From the NCBI RefSeq assembly GCF_964204645.1, contig NC_134035.1, positions 62,001 to 126,000 on the forward strand: a stretch of DNA of 64,000 nucleotides. The letters run 5' to 3'. Positions 25,841 to 40,063 of the stretch are shown here, one piece after another. The first letter of the stretch is position 1. Each line of letters begins with the position of its first letter. Made by a program: the position numbers and the translations under genes. The notes beneath the pieces are model-generated. The model searched no databases. It saw only the letters and a list, made by a program, of their open reading frames with translations, and was not told where the DNA came from. Source of the stretch: Tubulanus polymorphus. Lineage: Eukaryota; Animalia; Nemertea.

Positions 25841-26211
25841 AATCTAGAGGAATCTAGACGTCACTCGTGTCTCTCAAATGGTACGCATTTCTAATAATCG
25901 ATCGTTATTTCCAAATTCTCCTTTTAGTTTCTTTGATTTGTAGAATCTCCAGTTTTTGTTACAAATAGATTGAACCAGTTCATCTTTCATATACTGGGTC
26001 CATACAATAATGTATGGAAAATGTGAACCATTGGTTCATCTTTTGACCCTTTATCATTATACATCATTGTTGAATAATCTTAAGGTGGCGCTACGTAAAT
26101 AAATAAATGTTGTTAGATCGCACTATGATACGATGTGTTAGGTATTCGTCTATATTGAAATCAGGGGCTGCGAAGTTGCCTTCAATCTGAAGTTGTTTGA
26201 TTGGCTACAGG

Positions 26212-26568
26212 CTGACAGGTGATCTGGACAGACAGACAGACAGACTGACAGGTGATCTGGACAGACAGACAGGTGATCTGGACAGACAGACAGGTGATCT
26301 GGACAGCTAGACTGGTAGGTGATCTGGACAGACAGACTGACAGGTGATCTGGACAGACAGACAGGTGATCTGGACAGACAGACAGGTGATCTGGACAGCT
26401 AGACTGATAGGTGATCTGGACAGACAGACAGGTGATCTGGACAGACAGACAGGTGATCTGGACAGCTAGACTGGTAGGTGATCTGGACAGACAGACAGAC
26501 AGACTGACAGGTGATCTGGACAGCTAGACTGACAGGTGATCTGGACAGCTAGACTGATAGGTGATCTG

Positions 26569-26628
<60 letters not shown>

Positions 26629-26832
26629 GGTGATCTGGACAGACAGACAGACTGACAGGTGATCTGGACAGACTGATATGTGATCTGGACAGCTAGACTG
26701 ACAGGTGATCTGGACAGACAGACAGGTGATCTGGACAGACAGACAGACAGACAGGTGATCTGGACAGACAGACAGACAGACTAGTGATCTGGACAGACAG
26801 GTGATCTGGACAGCTAGACTGACAGGTGATCT
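26212..26832. repeat. Compound satellite: CAGGTGATCTGGACAG interspersed with (GACA)n
   Basis: Directly visible; lies between the convergent 3' ends of the receptor gene and the DENND2-like gene. Confidence 0.95.
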
Positions 26833-27871
26833 CGACTGGATCCCAGCACTCGACGGGGCAAACACAAATAAATAATGTTCTGTTTCATTAAACGCAATTT
26901 CATTTCATTCAAATAATCTTTACAAATATAACAAAAATAATTTTTCATTAGAATTTTCATAATGCACAATAGTTGGTAAAATCTATAGAAGCTATTTTTC
27001 AATAAACACAATTGAAGCTTTATATTAATATAAGATATAGATATATTACAAAAAAATAATGTTATTGAATTCATTTCGAAATATAAATACAAAATCAGTG
27101 AGCTTCGGCGGGAGGCAACTCGAGCAACGGAACAACTCGATTTATATCAAAAATATTAGTTTCACTTAATATAAAATTTCGAAAGAGAATCATATATATT
27201 AATACTCGAATCTTGTGAGCAAAAGTGAAATCATCGTAATAAACAGGTTTCGTATTATCGAGGTTCAACTGTAGAACAAATAAATATGGCATAATAGAAT
27301 GCATTGTATAGAATACAGAACAGCAGACTAGATATATTCATAGAAAGAATGTACATAGTAGAAATGCCCAAAATCAATGCCCCCTCCCAAACTGTCGAAC
27401 AAGAACTTAGAAACTAGAACCTAGTTCTACAGTGGAACCTACACTGAGGAATGAACCTACTGTAGGTGACCAGAGGAAAAGCAGTTTTTGTAAACAAGCA
27501 CTTTTTGCACTACAGTATATACTCCACTCACGTCAGATCCGATAACTGTTCAGATGTTTGTTGGAATATTTTTGTGACACTTTATATGAAATACATTACC
27601 AACTAACATCTAACAGTTCGATACGGCTCTCAAGTCAAGTTTTCACGGTGCCAATAGGTCTGACTTGAGCGCAGTCTACTGTAGTCATGAGCAGAATCAC
27701 AGTCAAGACAATTACACAGCAGTTTACTATCACAGATAAATAATTTTAACCAGGGTTTTATCATGAACCCCTGATTATACCAGAAATAGATGATTCTATA
27801 TCAGTCCATGAAATGACAGTAGCCTCCAGCAGCAAAAACACAAGAATACATGATGATCGTTTCAGATTGAA

Positions 27872-30800
27872 TTAAGTTTCATTCAGTTCATCTCTGCTCT
27901 GCCTCCTTCAAATATAAAATACCATCAAAATATCATTACATGTACCACATAAATCACTAATAAATCTAGTCATAACACCAGCACACCCCACCGAGGCACC
28001 ACTGATACCCCTAAGATTTCACACCTAAAATCAAAGACCGCCCGATCAATGCAATTTCTCCTATGATGATGGCACTAGAGGGATAAATAAACATACCGAA
28101 CCCTCAAGACAATTGATCAAAGCATCTTCAAAACTCCCCCTGAAAACTTCGAAAATGTGCAAAAGTGCTGATTTTGCGGAGGGTGAGAAACGTTAAAACA
28201 AGTGTTAATCTGTTCTTAGGTGAATATCAGGGATAAAAACATCTTACCTTTTAAATGCTCTTTTCACTTTTTTGCCCAAATCTTTAAGACTCCAGGCTCC
28301 GGTGTCTTGTTGAACGCTTTCCTTAAATTCGGCGACCTGTTTCTGGAAAATTCCTACAAAGATCCCAATAACGCATTATCAATTCGACACGGCAAATAGA
28401 GGCAGTAGACCTTTGGTATTCATAAACAATAATAGACTGTATATAATTAAATTGAAGAAGAAACCCACAATAACTATCAAAACAATAAGAATTTTGAAAT
28501 TGGCTCATGGGAATTTCTTAATGTCACTTCTCTCTTGGTTTTTCTTGATAATATCTGGCGCTGGTTAAATTTACCTGATTGAGGCGCTTCAGCCTCTAAT
28601 TGATCTATGATGAACAGATCAAACATTTGAGTTTCCACGAACCAACGTAGAAACATGCGAATTCCTCTCGACGACGGACTCTTAACAAACAACTCTTTCT
28701 GTTATAAAACAAATCATACAGGAACAAATTGTACACAAAACATCGGCATCGTTTATGGGTTTAACTAATTTCTACTGTCATGAACAATTATATTTGTACC
28801 TGGAATATTTTCTGTCCGTCATGTTGCACATTGATATAATCTTCGTAATGTCGGATTGTCATTAAGAAATAATGCATGAATGCCTCCGATATCATCAGGT
28901 TCCTAGTGGCATCATCTTTAGTAGAAATACATCATATTTATTATCAAGTACACAACAAATTTGTTAAATGATTAACGTTTGAGGAAGAAAAAGGGAGGAG
29001 ATACTCAGTGAGAGGGAGGAGATATTCAGTGAGAGGGAGGAGGTACTCAGTGAGAGGGAGGTACTCAGTGAGAGGGAGGAGGTACTCAGTGAGGAGGAGA
29101 TACTCAGTGATGAAATAAAGAAGAGTAACAGATCAACTAACCCGGTTCAGAGAATGACATCTGTAAAGCTTGAAAGAGAGCTCTACGCAGTTTATTTGGT
29201 AGAATGGTCAATTCATCTTTCTGTTCTCTATATAAACAGATCTCATCGATATTCACAATCAAAACCTGAAAATATCAAATATCACTCAGATACTGATTGA
29301 ACTAGAGAATTGCCAGTTCGAATGAAATTAGGTATTGTACCTCTTCCATCGGCAGATCGTAAACATCATCCATAAACTCCGTCAATATTCCAACAATATA
29401 CGGCGTAGGTGAACAAACGATATCGATCATCTCAGGTGGCAGCACCGGTATGAATGTGTGTTGCCAGGACAACGGATACAACAAGGCAACCATCGCGTGA
29501 ATACAAGAAGACAATGTTCTGAAAAATATTCGTCCTATACAGCAAACTAAGTTCCTTCATTGGTTTCAAACTATATCATAGAAGAGAACTACGTGTACCC
29601 AAGATTTGTTGCAGAAAATATAATTCTTCTTTCAGACAACATCGACGCAAATATCTTCAATACGTTATCAATTCCTAAAACTTGAACCATGTTATCATAG
29701 GACACCTAAAAATATAAAACACACAATTCTAAATACCGGGACTGGGGTAAATGATATTTACTGTCTTGAGGAACTGGTTCTGAAGTTCTTAGTTGAAAAT
29801 TAACATGATCAAAACATTAGAAATGAACTAATTCTAACAATATATGCTGCAGTGAAAATGAACTCAGAGCTGTGTGGTGAACCAGCTGCTGATGGTTCAG
29901 CACTGAACTCAGAGCTGTGTGGTGAACCAGCTGCTGATGGTTCAGTGCTGAACTCAGAGCTGTGTGGTGAGCCGGACACTGATGGTTCAGCGCTGAACTC
30001 AGAGCTCTGTGGTGAGCCGGACACTGATGGTTCAGCACTGAACTCAGAGCTGTGTGGTGAGCCGGACACTGATGGTTCAGTGCTGAACTCAGAGCTGTGT
30101 GGTGAGCCGGACACTGATGGTTCAGCACTGAACTCAGAGCTCTGTGGTGAGCCGGACACTGATGGTTCAGCACTGAACTCAGAGCTGTGTGGTGAGCCGG
30201 ACACTGATGGTTCAGCACTGAACTCAGAGCTCTGTGGTGAGCCGGACACTGATGGTTCAGTACTGAACTCAGAGCTGTGTGGTGAGCCGGACACTGATGG
30301 TTCAGTGCTGAACTCAGAGCTCTGTGGTGAGCCGGACACTGATGGTTCAGCACTGAACTCAGAGCTGTGTGGTGAGCCGGACACTGATGGTTCAGCACTG
30401 AACTCAGAGCTGTGTGGTGAGCCGGACACTGATGGTTCAGCACTGAACTCAGAGCTGTGTGGTGAGCCGGACACTGATGGTTCAGCACTGAACTCAGAGC
30501 TGTGTGGTGAGCCGGACACTGATGGTTCAGCGCTGAACTCAGAGCTGTGTGGTGAGCCGGACACTGATGGTTCAGCGCTGAACTCAGAGCTCTGTGGTGA
30601 GCCGGACACTGATGGTTCAGTGCTGAACTCAGAGCTGTGTGGTGAGCCGGACACTGATGGTTCAGCACTGAACTCAGAGCTGTGTGGTGAGCCGGACACT
30701 GATGGTTCAGCGCTGAACTCAGAGCTGTGTGGTGAGCCGGACACTGATGGTTCAGCACTGAACTCAGAGCTGTGTGGTGAGCCGGACACTGATGGTTCAG

Positions 30801-33800
30801 CACTGAACTCAGAGCTGTGTGGTGAGCCGGACACTGATGGTTCAGCACTGAACTCAGAGCTGTGTGGTGAGCCGGACACTGATGGTTCAGTGCTGAACTC
30901 AGAGCTGTGTGGTGAGCCGGACACTGATGGTTCAGCACTGAACTCAGAGCTGTGTGGTGAGCCGGACACTGATGGTTCAGCACTGAACTCAGAGCTGTGT
31001 GGTGAGCCGGACACTGATGGTTCAGTGCTGAACTCAGAGCTGTGTGGTGAGCCGGACACTGATGGTTCAGCACTGAACTCAGAGCTGTGTGGTGAGCCGG
31101 ACACTGATGGTTCAGTGCTGAACTCAGAGCTGTGTGGTGAGCCGGACACTGATGGTTCAGCACTGAACTCAGAGCTGTGTGGTGAGCCAGACACTGATGG
31201 TTCAGTGCTGAACTCAGAGCTGTGTGGTGAGCCGGACACTGATGGTTCAGTGCTGAACTCAGAGCTGTGTGGTGAGCCGGACACTGATGGTTCAGTGCTG
31301 AACTCAGAGCTGTGTGGTGAGCCGGACACTGATGGTTCAGTACTGAACTCAGAGCTGTGTGGTGAACCAGCTGCTGATGGTTCAGTACTGAACTCAGAGC
31401 TGTGTGGTGAGCCGGACACTGATGGTTCAGTACTGAACTCAGAGCTGTGTGGTGAGCCGGACACTGATGGTTCAGTGCTGAACTCAGAGCTGTGTGGTGA
31501 GCCGGACACTGATGGTTCAGCACTGAACTCAGAGCTGTGTGGTGAGCCGGACACTGATGGTTCAGATCTATTCATGTACTGATACAAAACGTACGTTTTC
31601 AAATCGTGCATCTTCTTGTCTCTGAAATCTATTATCAGCAACGAGCCCATCAGTATTCTAAAAATACAACCAGTAACTTTACAATGAATGAATACAGGGA
31701 ATGTATAGGAGAAGATTCAGAGTGTTTATAGTGTTCTACAAAATTAGGACTGAATCTTGTTACATCCGTGATATTGGAGCATTCCTTATGTTATAGATCA
31801 TTAAGGTTATATTGAAAAATACAGTAATCATTAATTGACAGGTTTTTTCAATATGGAGACCAACTTACAATGACGCAAATAGAAATAGTGTTTCCTGGTT
31901 TTGGTAGCGGCCGTGAATAAGCAATCTCGATGAACGTAGTCGCTAAATCTTCCTGTTCCAGATACCGCTTCTCAATCTCTGATAGAATCTACAGTATAAT
32001 TACAATATAATACAGCGTTATTACAATACAGAATATTCATTCTGTGCAGGGGTAAATGAAAAATCTGTAAGAAGTTGCGGCATTAATTCGATGTCTGACC
32101 TGATGGTATAGCGATTGCGCTCCACATGGTGACACTATACATACAACTATCGGATAGACCTCTAGTTTACCAGACGGCTAATAAAACAAGACATATTATC
32201 ATTATTAGGAATTTTCTTAAAATTTCCACGACAGAAAAGCTGAGAATCGTACCAGGAACCGTTGGCAATATCCGTAATTACGACTTCCATCACAATTCGT
32301 CAAAACAAATGAATAAGTTTCACTGTAAAATAAACAAACGCATCCGATCTTAGCATAAAACCCAATTCACAGTTAACTGAGTAAACACCGGGTTAAAGTC
32401 AATACGGTTTTATCACCAGCTCCCCCGGGGATTTATCTAGTTTCATGATTACTTAATCAAGATAATGCTGCAATAACAGGGTTTATAGTTATATAAAGGC
32501 CAAGACTATGTTTAAGTTAAAACTGGCAGCTGATCCCAATGAATCATCACAGCAGTTTCGTGTTAAAGTTTTTACATCCGGTTGCAAGTTGTTTGAAAGA
32601 AACTCACCTTTTAAATTCACTGTAAGGTTTGATTATAGAGACATCCGGGAAACAGAATTGTGGAATACAAAACTCTTCAGGTTTCACCTATAAAAGTCGT
32701 TTATATTTATATCAACACATTTGAGACCGACTGTATTTTCTTCTGAACCAAACACTGGTAACTGGGGTATCTTTATTATTTTGGGAATATTATCAAACAA
32801 GCAATAAACTATTTATACATAATTGAAAGGTGTTTTTGTTCGATGTTGAACACGTTCAGTTTCATTTCCTACTTATTGCATCTTACGTCATACCGGTTGT
32901 TAACGGTTGTTTCTTCGAATGAAAAAAGAATAAACTTACGTTATGCGGAAACTTGTATTTGATGTACGGAATGAGATTGCCTTCCACTTTTTTTACGCCG
33001 ACAATGATAGCGTAGTCGAATAGTGAAGGGTAGATGAGTTTACGGAATGCTCGTATTCTCGTGTATACAGACGCCTAAAATTACAATTGAAACTCAGGTG
33101 AATTACGGGTTTAAAGACAACATACATCATAACAGTCGCATCTTTCTGGACTCGATAAAATCTGTACGACTTGAGAGCGATATCTCTGTTATCTCCGAGT
33201 TCATCGGATCTTACTCGAAAGGACAACTGTAATAAAGGTCAAGGTTAGGACCAGCAGACCGGGAGTCGAAAAGTTCTCACGATTTTTCAAGTGTAAGAGA
33301 GAGGTATAAGAGAGAGGTATAAGAGAGAGGTATAAGAGAGAGGTATAAGAGAGAGGTATAAGAGAGAGGTATAAGAGAGAGGTGGCTGACCTCTAGTCGA
33401 GGTATGCGTACCGTAGAATTTGGAGATAAACAGTTAGTCAGAAACGACCAGCCTAAATCTGTATTGATTTCGTACCCAAACGATACAACTGTTTCCATAG
33501 CAACGAGAGATCCACGTTCATCGAACCGCGCTGTCGAGCGAATCGAATCATCAGTCGCTGTCAGACTATCGTTACCTAGCAACGGCGAAGTAGCCACGTC
33601 ATCCGGTGGTTTTTTATCGAGATATTTCTGGAAGAGACTTTGTTTTAACGATGATCGGTTTGTTTTTAATGAGTTACATTTACCGAGAGCGCACGATCCA
33701 CACGGAGTTTTCAAAACAATCGATCGCGGAGTTGAGATTATTATCTGTTTTTGTAACGTTATTGATTGTCTGCGGTTGCTATGGTAATGCGGAGTTAGTT

Positions 33801-36800
33801 TACTGCCGCTACTGATAAATGGTTTTATTCTTCCAAGTTTACTTGGATGTCTATTTATACTGTTGTTCTCTGGTGCGCCCCGCGCGATGGAACCCCGTGC
33901 GATGGAACCCCGCGCGACGGAACCATGCGCGACGCAGATAGAATCAGTTTGAACGTTATTCCCCGTAGGATCGGTAATTTGGATCAATGGAACGATTGGA
34001 CTGATAGGCGCTCGCTGATCAGTGATTGGTCGAACGATCGGACTGATGGACGGTTGCTGATTGCTGATTGGTCGAACGATCGGACTGACGGACAGTTGCT
34101 GATTGCTGATTGGTCGAAGTAATCCCGGTATGAAGGGCGTACTGTATGAATTCAGCCATCGTTTCCCATCAGATTCACCAGGTGGCGCCTCTATCACTAT
34201 ATCAGGAATTATAAATCTTTTGTCGACCGAGTCAAATCTATTCAGTTGCCAAGGTTTATTATTGTTCTCAACTGATTCCATTGTTGGTGTCTCAGTTTCC
34301 ATGGTTTCATGGATAAAATCCTCTTCGAATGAAACGGCTTTTTGTAATTTTTTTGACCTGCAAATTTTTAGATTATCGCGATGCATTGATATGTCATCCA
34401 CATAGACATCATCCACATTGACATCATCCACATTGACATCATCCACATTGACATCATCCACATTGACATCATTCACAGTGATGAGTGGCTGATATCTCTC
34501 CTCACTGATGAGTGGCTGATGTCTCTCCTCACTGATGAGTGGCTGATGTCTCTCCTCACTGATGAGTGGCTGATGTCTCTCCTCACTGATGAGTGGCTGA
34601 TGTCTCTCCTCACTGATGAGTGGCTGATGTCTCTCCTCACTGATGAGTGGCTGATGTCTCTCCTCACTGATGAGTGGCTGATGTCTCTCCTCACTGATGA
34701 GTGGCTGATGTCTCTCCTCACTGATGAGTGGCTGATGTCTCTCCTCACTGATGAGTGGCTGATGCTGCTGTGTTAGATACGCCTCATTCAGTTTGTTATT
34801 GTTGAGATCAAGCATCGGTGGTAAAATGAAATAATTTCCGCCATCAGATGGCGCCGTAAATAATTCTGTGAACTTCGCGAGCAAATTTTTGAAACCCTAA
34901 AAAGAAATACCAGTAGACTATTTCAGTATAATCCTCAAACAATTTGGTTTCGCGGAAAAAAACATTTTTTGAATTTTGTTTCGAAAAATTGAAAAAGAAA
35001 TAGTCTACTGGGTAGGGCGTGGCGACTCGTATAGACTGCGGTGTACATACCCATTTCTCTCTGTTTGAACGCGTGCGTTTGATTTGTCTCTCAATATCTC
35101 TCTCATCAAATTGACTTCCACTTCCATCTGAAATATAGCAAAATTTTACATTAGAAATGTAAACCAATAGAATTAAATAAAAGTGGCTGTTTATATCTAA
35201 ACACGAGAAAAACACTTAATTCTATGTTTTGAAACATCGAAACAACTTTCATAGTTTATCTTTTGATTGTCAGTTATTCTCTCTCAAACAAATGTCGATA
35301 TATCCCTCAAGTTTCACCCACCATCAGTAGATACCCAACGACGAGGACTACGTAAAGAACCTAAACTCCTAACAGCAGGGCTGTAGAGACTGCGACATTT
35401 CCTCAGAATCGGTCGTTTACGTCGACTCTTAGACTGCAGCGGTTCATTATCACCGAGTAAATCCTTTTCAGGTGTATTCACTAGTAATAAATTCAGTTTG
35501 TTCGGCGTAGTAAACGAAAGCCTATTCCTCGGACTAGTCGTAGAACTTGGACTAGCAGTCGTAGAACTTGGACTAGCAGTCGTAGAACTTGGACTAGCAG
35601 TCGTAGAACTTGGACTAGCAGTCGTAGAATTGTAACTACCGATTATAGAACTAGGAGTCACAGTATTTTTACTTGTATTTCTATACTCTTCATCCATGAT
35701 AGAATTATCTATATCCAGCTGTTATCAATGTCTCTCAACAGACAGAATTGTTTGTCTTGTTTCTATCATTCAAAATATTTCTGATTCGAAAGCTTTAAAA
35801 CTGAAAGTTTTCCATCTTGTCTGTTGAACTGTACCGTTACATATAGTAGTGTTACCCCTGCTATAGAAACCAGTCTGAATGATGTAAAACTATTTATTAA
35901 TTGCTGGCAATTTTTAACAATTACGCCATCTAAAAAGTCGGATATTTTTGTCAATTTGATGATTATCACTCTAATTCACTATAGAGGCCGCTACGTCGAG
36001 GGGGGGGGGAGTCATGAGAACTTTCATCCACCCGTGTTAAATACGATATGTTTCATTTAGTAAAAGAGTTCTAATCTTTCTCAGGAAATGATGATATGCG
36101 GGGAAAATTGTGAATTAATGCAGAGATAATATCAGGGTCAACTGTGTTAAACAAAACCGAGCAATTTCTGTGACTGCCGCACAAAAAGCTGATAAAATTG
36201 ACCTGCATCCATTCTAGACCTAATTACATCGATGAAAACTGGGACATATCAAAATCATTGCTGTATCTATGGTGAATTAGGAAGAGTGATACAGAATTCA
36301 ATGAATCTGACCTTCACATAAACAGCATTGATACCTAGTTCAGAAATCTCACAATGATTTCATTCAAACAATCTACTGCACATGTATTTATAGAGATACA
36401 CATTGGGACACACACTATACGTCAATATCTCAAAAACTCACTGGATTTTGAATCTTGTTCGTCTGCTGATTCAGCTGCCGTCCGATGAGTTCCGGAAAAT
36501 ATTTGCCAAATCTTCGACCGAGCCTAAAAACAATGAATGATAAATATTGAAATAATTAACGACAGAAAGGACAGACAGGTGTTGGTTCCTGTCGGTTCCT
36601 GTCAGTTCCATTTTTCACGAACCTTCTTTTTATTTGCCTTTTGCTCGTGAGACGTCATCATGTTTTTAAGAAGATTTTCCTGCGAGAAAAGTTTCTTGAT
36701 TTTATGCAGTTTTGGTTTCTGTTCGGCGTGCCATTTCTTCAGTTCATCGATACTCTACAAATATAGAACAATGCAGAACAAATCAGTTCGAACCTGAACC

Positions 36801-38623
36801 AACTGAAATCACATGTCGGCTCCAGGAGTTAATAGAACTGGACACAGTCCCGCAGTTGTCCGTTTAAGATCAAGTTAAAATCAGCTCATTTCAATGTTTA
36901 ATCCCTCAACACAGCAGTCTCCTGGGTCCAGTTCCACAGTTGTGAGTTAAGATTTGACTCCGAATAACTAGAACTCAACTGTGGAACTGGGTCCTGTTTC
37001 TGTGCATTCCTAGTCAAATCTAAACCAAGAACTGTGAACTGCAATCAAACTGACCTCTCTGGTAGATGTAGTCACGGGATTCCTCAACATCCGATTTCTG
37101 ATAGGAATATTAATGGCGGAGTAAACGTCCTCTTGTTTGGACTGACGAGGAACCGGTCGACTGAACACCTCAACCGGGTCTGTATACGTAGAACTATCAG
37201 AGTTTATACTCATAGTACGCGCGTATAAACACTCATCACTGGTGCTACGCTGTGACTGTAGATTACTACGCTGTGACTGTAGATTACTACGCTGTGACTG
37301 TAGATCACTACCCAGTGCATGTTGTCGTACGCGATCCTGTGAAACGCCGAACGTATCGACGATAGTCCGAACGTATTGATATTCATTTTGATCGGTTTCG
37401 CTGAGCGTTCGTTTTAGAATCGAATGATTCGATGAATCGGGAGCCGCGTAAATTACTTCCGTAGCCGCGACGGTCGCTGATTTCAACGGTCGATTCAAAC
37501 TTTCGTACAGATTTTCACCAGACTCTGAATTGTCTGAAAATCCTGCAGTATTTTTTGGTTTTCTTAAACATGAAAAATCGGCGTCATATTGAAAGTAATC
37601 ATCGTTTTTATTATTCCGCGTAGATTTGACGGCTACCGATGAATATTCGTAGTTATCACGATTTTGTCTGTTTGTTACAGTTTGTTGATTAGGGTCCAAT
37701 ACAAAGACAGGCCCCGCGTGATTCTTGTTTAATTTAGAGTCGAGATAGACGTCATGTCTGAACGTGCGCGGTGGTTTACCTGGAGGGGTAGGTTTACTAG
37801 GAAGGGTAGGTTTACTAGGTGGTGTAGGTTTACTAGGAGAAGATAGAGGGCCGTCTGTTGCGCGTTGTTCTAAATGCGTGAATTCACTAAGTACATCATC
37901 GAACGACGGTGGACGCGGGGAGGGTTTGAATTTCGACGTCGCGAGATCAGTCGAGTCGTCTATATCGCTACCTACACTCGATGATTTCGACGAACTCCTT
38001 TTATTCTCCTTGGATTTCCTACGTTTACTGGATCGACCAAATTTCACGCAACTAACGACCTTGCGTTCTTCATCATCGGAATCACTCGCACCTACAATAA
38101 ATCTATCACTTCTCACCGGTGAATCAGTTTCATTCTCAAGTCCTGCAGATTGTTGTTCTGTAGTTTGTTGCTCGACTGTAAAGTCTAAACTCGGCGCTAT
38201 TAAAACGTTTTTATTCTCGAATAATTGCGTTAAAGCATTCACTGATCGCGCCACATTCGATTTGTCGATAGATTTCTGACGGATTTGAATCGGTTCGTCG
38301 TCCGGTGATCGTAGTTCTGATTTTACGACGCGCTGAGGTTTCAGCGGTAAATTACCGGGTTTTAGTTTTGGTTTAACCGAAGTCGCTGGATCAGAAATCG
38401 GTAATTTTTTCAACGCAGTTTCAGCACTAGTCGATCGTTCATGCTTGTTATCGACGGCAGATTTCACTAAATCACGGTCGTCGGTCTTTGACCGATTGTG
38501 GCGTAATTGATGCCCGAAGGTGCTCTGTTTCAGTTTGATCTCATCTACCCATGGAGCTGCAGAGTGCTGCTGCTGCTGCTGCTGCTGCGATGATGAACTC
38601 CATTTATCACCATTTGTTGACAT
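27872..38623 (-). CDS. DENND2: DENND2/ST5-like DENN-domain Rab GEF, multi-exon; last exon uncertain
   Basis: Long disordered N-terminal exon (~37053-38623). uDENN motifs LFDYAIIVG, IPQFCFPD and ETYSFVLTNCDGSRNYGYCQRFL. cDENN motifs IFASMLSERRIIF and LSSCIHAMVALLYPLSWQHTFIPVLPPEMIDIVCSPTPYIVG. dDENN motif FLRWFVETQMFDLFI. Confidence 0.9.
28990..29112. repeat. Short ~21-bp intronic tandem repeat
   Basis: Unit GTACTCAGTGAGAGGGAGGAG. Confidence 0.85.
29858..31566. repeat. 45-bp intronic minisatellite, ~38 copies
   Basis: Unit CTGAACTCAGAGCTGTGTGGTGAGCCGGACACTGATGGTTCAGCA, between DENN exons at ~29705 and ~31592. Confidence 0.97.
33295..33382. repeat. 13-bp tandem repeat
   Basis: Unit GAGAGAGGTATAA. 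Confidence 0.9.
33412..34896 (-). CDS. Probable alternative large exon of the DENND2-like gene (495 codons, disordered, 27-bp HQPLISEER repeats, PxIxIT motifs)
   Basis: tttttag acceptor at 34896 and ACG|gtacgc donor at 33412, phase 0-0, fully open. Confidence 0.6.
35335..35697 (-). CDS. Possible alternative first coding exon of the DENND2-like gene (MDEEYRNTSK...SPRRW)
   Basis: ATG-initiated Ser/Thr/Pro-rich ORF ending at a phase-0 donor (TGG|gtatct) that is compatible with the 34896 acceptor. Confidence 0.45.
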
Positions 38624-39155
38624 ATTTTACAAGAAATAAAACATCAATGAATTCTATAATTCCAATTTCATTCAGTTCAATTTATTCCACTTCTGAAATA
38701 CAAACAAATAAGCATGAGACGACGGTAAGAGACGTGCCCCTGCACTGTGTTTGGTATTCTGTCCCTGGGTACCCTGTTACTACTCCAAGCTCGGTACATG
38801 CCCCGGCTCTTCTGTTTCAGACAAGGACGAGCTTCTTCTTTAAAATAGGGCAAATAGAAAGAATAATATGTTAGAGGGGAACCTTATAGGCATAAGAAGA
38901 GCAGGTCTACAGAACATAGGCAGGCTGGATCCTGATTTATAGGCCAATTGACTAATAGCACAGTAGTTAGGAAACCGTAGTTAGTTACCTAATCGTTGGT
39001 GGTAAGCCTTTTATAATCGGATGGCAACTGAAAATATCCGATCGTGAAACTAAACCACAGACAGGTTACTGACTACACAGGGGCTTGTCACAATTTGATG
39101 GAGGATGGATGAAACCAGTAGATACCAGCTGCTTGTGTAATGACGGTTAGGTACA

Positions 39156-39690
39156 AATGTCTATTTATTAATTGATGAGACCTATTTTTCTGGGATATTT
39201 TGCTTACTCTTTGGGGTACATACCTCATTTATGTCTTAACAGAATGCCAAAAATCGCGGACAACAACTGAATATCCGATATATTTCCAGTTCTGTACCAA
39301 TTAGATGGATTGGCAAAAAGACTCCTTAAGTCCAGTTGAATGAGAGAGAAAATCCTCCATTTTGTCAAATTTCTTGGATTTGAACATTGTTACCATGCCT
39401 ACGCCACCCTGATTTAGTTGTTGAGACCCCACAAGAAAAATAACTTCATTTCGTAGGCATGTAAAAATTCAAGAAATTTCACAAAATGGAGGATTTTCTC
39501 TCTCATTCAATTGGACTTAAGGAGTCTTTTTGCCAATCCATCTAATTGGTACAGAACTGAAAATATATCGGATATTCAGTTGTTGTCTGCGATTTTTGGC
39601 ATTCTGTTAACACATAAATGAGGTATGTACCCCAAAAAGTAAGCAAAATATCCAAGAAAAACAGGTCTCATCAATTAATAAATAGACATT
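39156..39690. mobile_element. Foldback/long inverted repeat (~245-bp arms, 48-bp spacer)
   Basis: 39156-39403 is the near-perfect reverse complement of 39452-39690. Confidence 0.9.
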
Positions 39691-40063
39691 AGACTATCTC
39701 TGACTGTTGTGTAGGCTATGTTTATAGATTGTGTAATTAGTAGTTGGATTACCCTGCCTGCCTGCCTGCTGTATACACAGGGTTATTTAATACATACTAT
39801 AACATTGGTTTAACAGATTATCGTTTTTACATTACTTACATACAACTCTGGCCCCTGACCTGTGGCTGTATAGGGCCTATGCTATGACTATGACTGTGTT
39901 CGTCAAAAATATGTCAATACTACATTCACTCAAGATAGGAATGACAAAGAAAGTGAAACTAACGTGTCCTTCCATTCCATCGTTTCCACAAATGTCACTT
40001 TCAAAAGTTGGAAAAAGTTTCCCTTCATCGCAAAACTTTTTACGCCCGTTAGTATTAGTTTAT

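Noticed and set aside
29809-31650. Three overlapping 570-610-aa ORFs
   Set aside because: They are translations of a stop-free 45-bp satellite in a DENND2 intron; the flanking exons are canonical DENN sequence.
33126-33226. Extra DENND2 exon (LSFRVRSDELGD...) or a 12-nt microexon
   Set aside because: It has a good acceptor, but the longer form ends out of phase with the next exon, and the microexon cannot be supported without transcript data.
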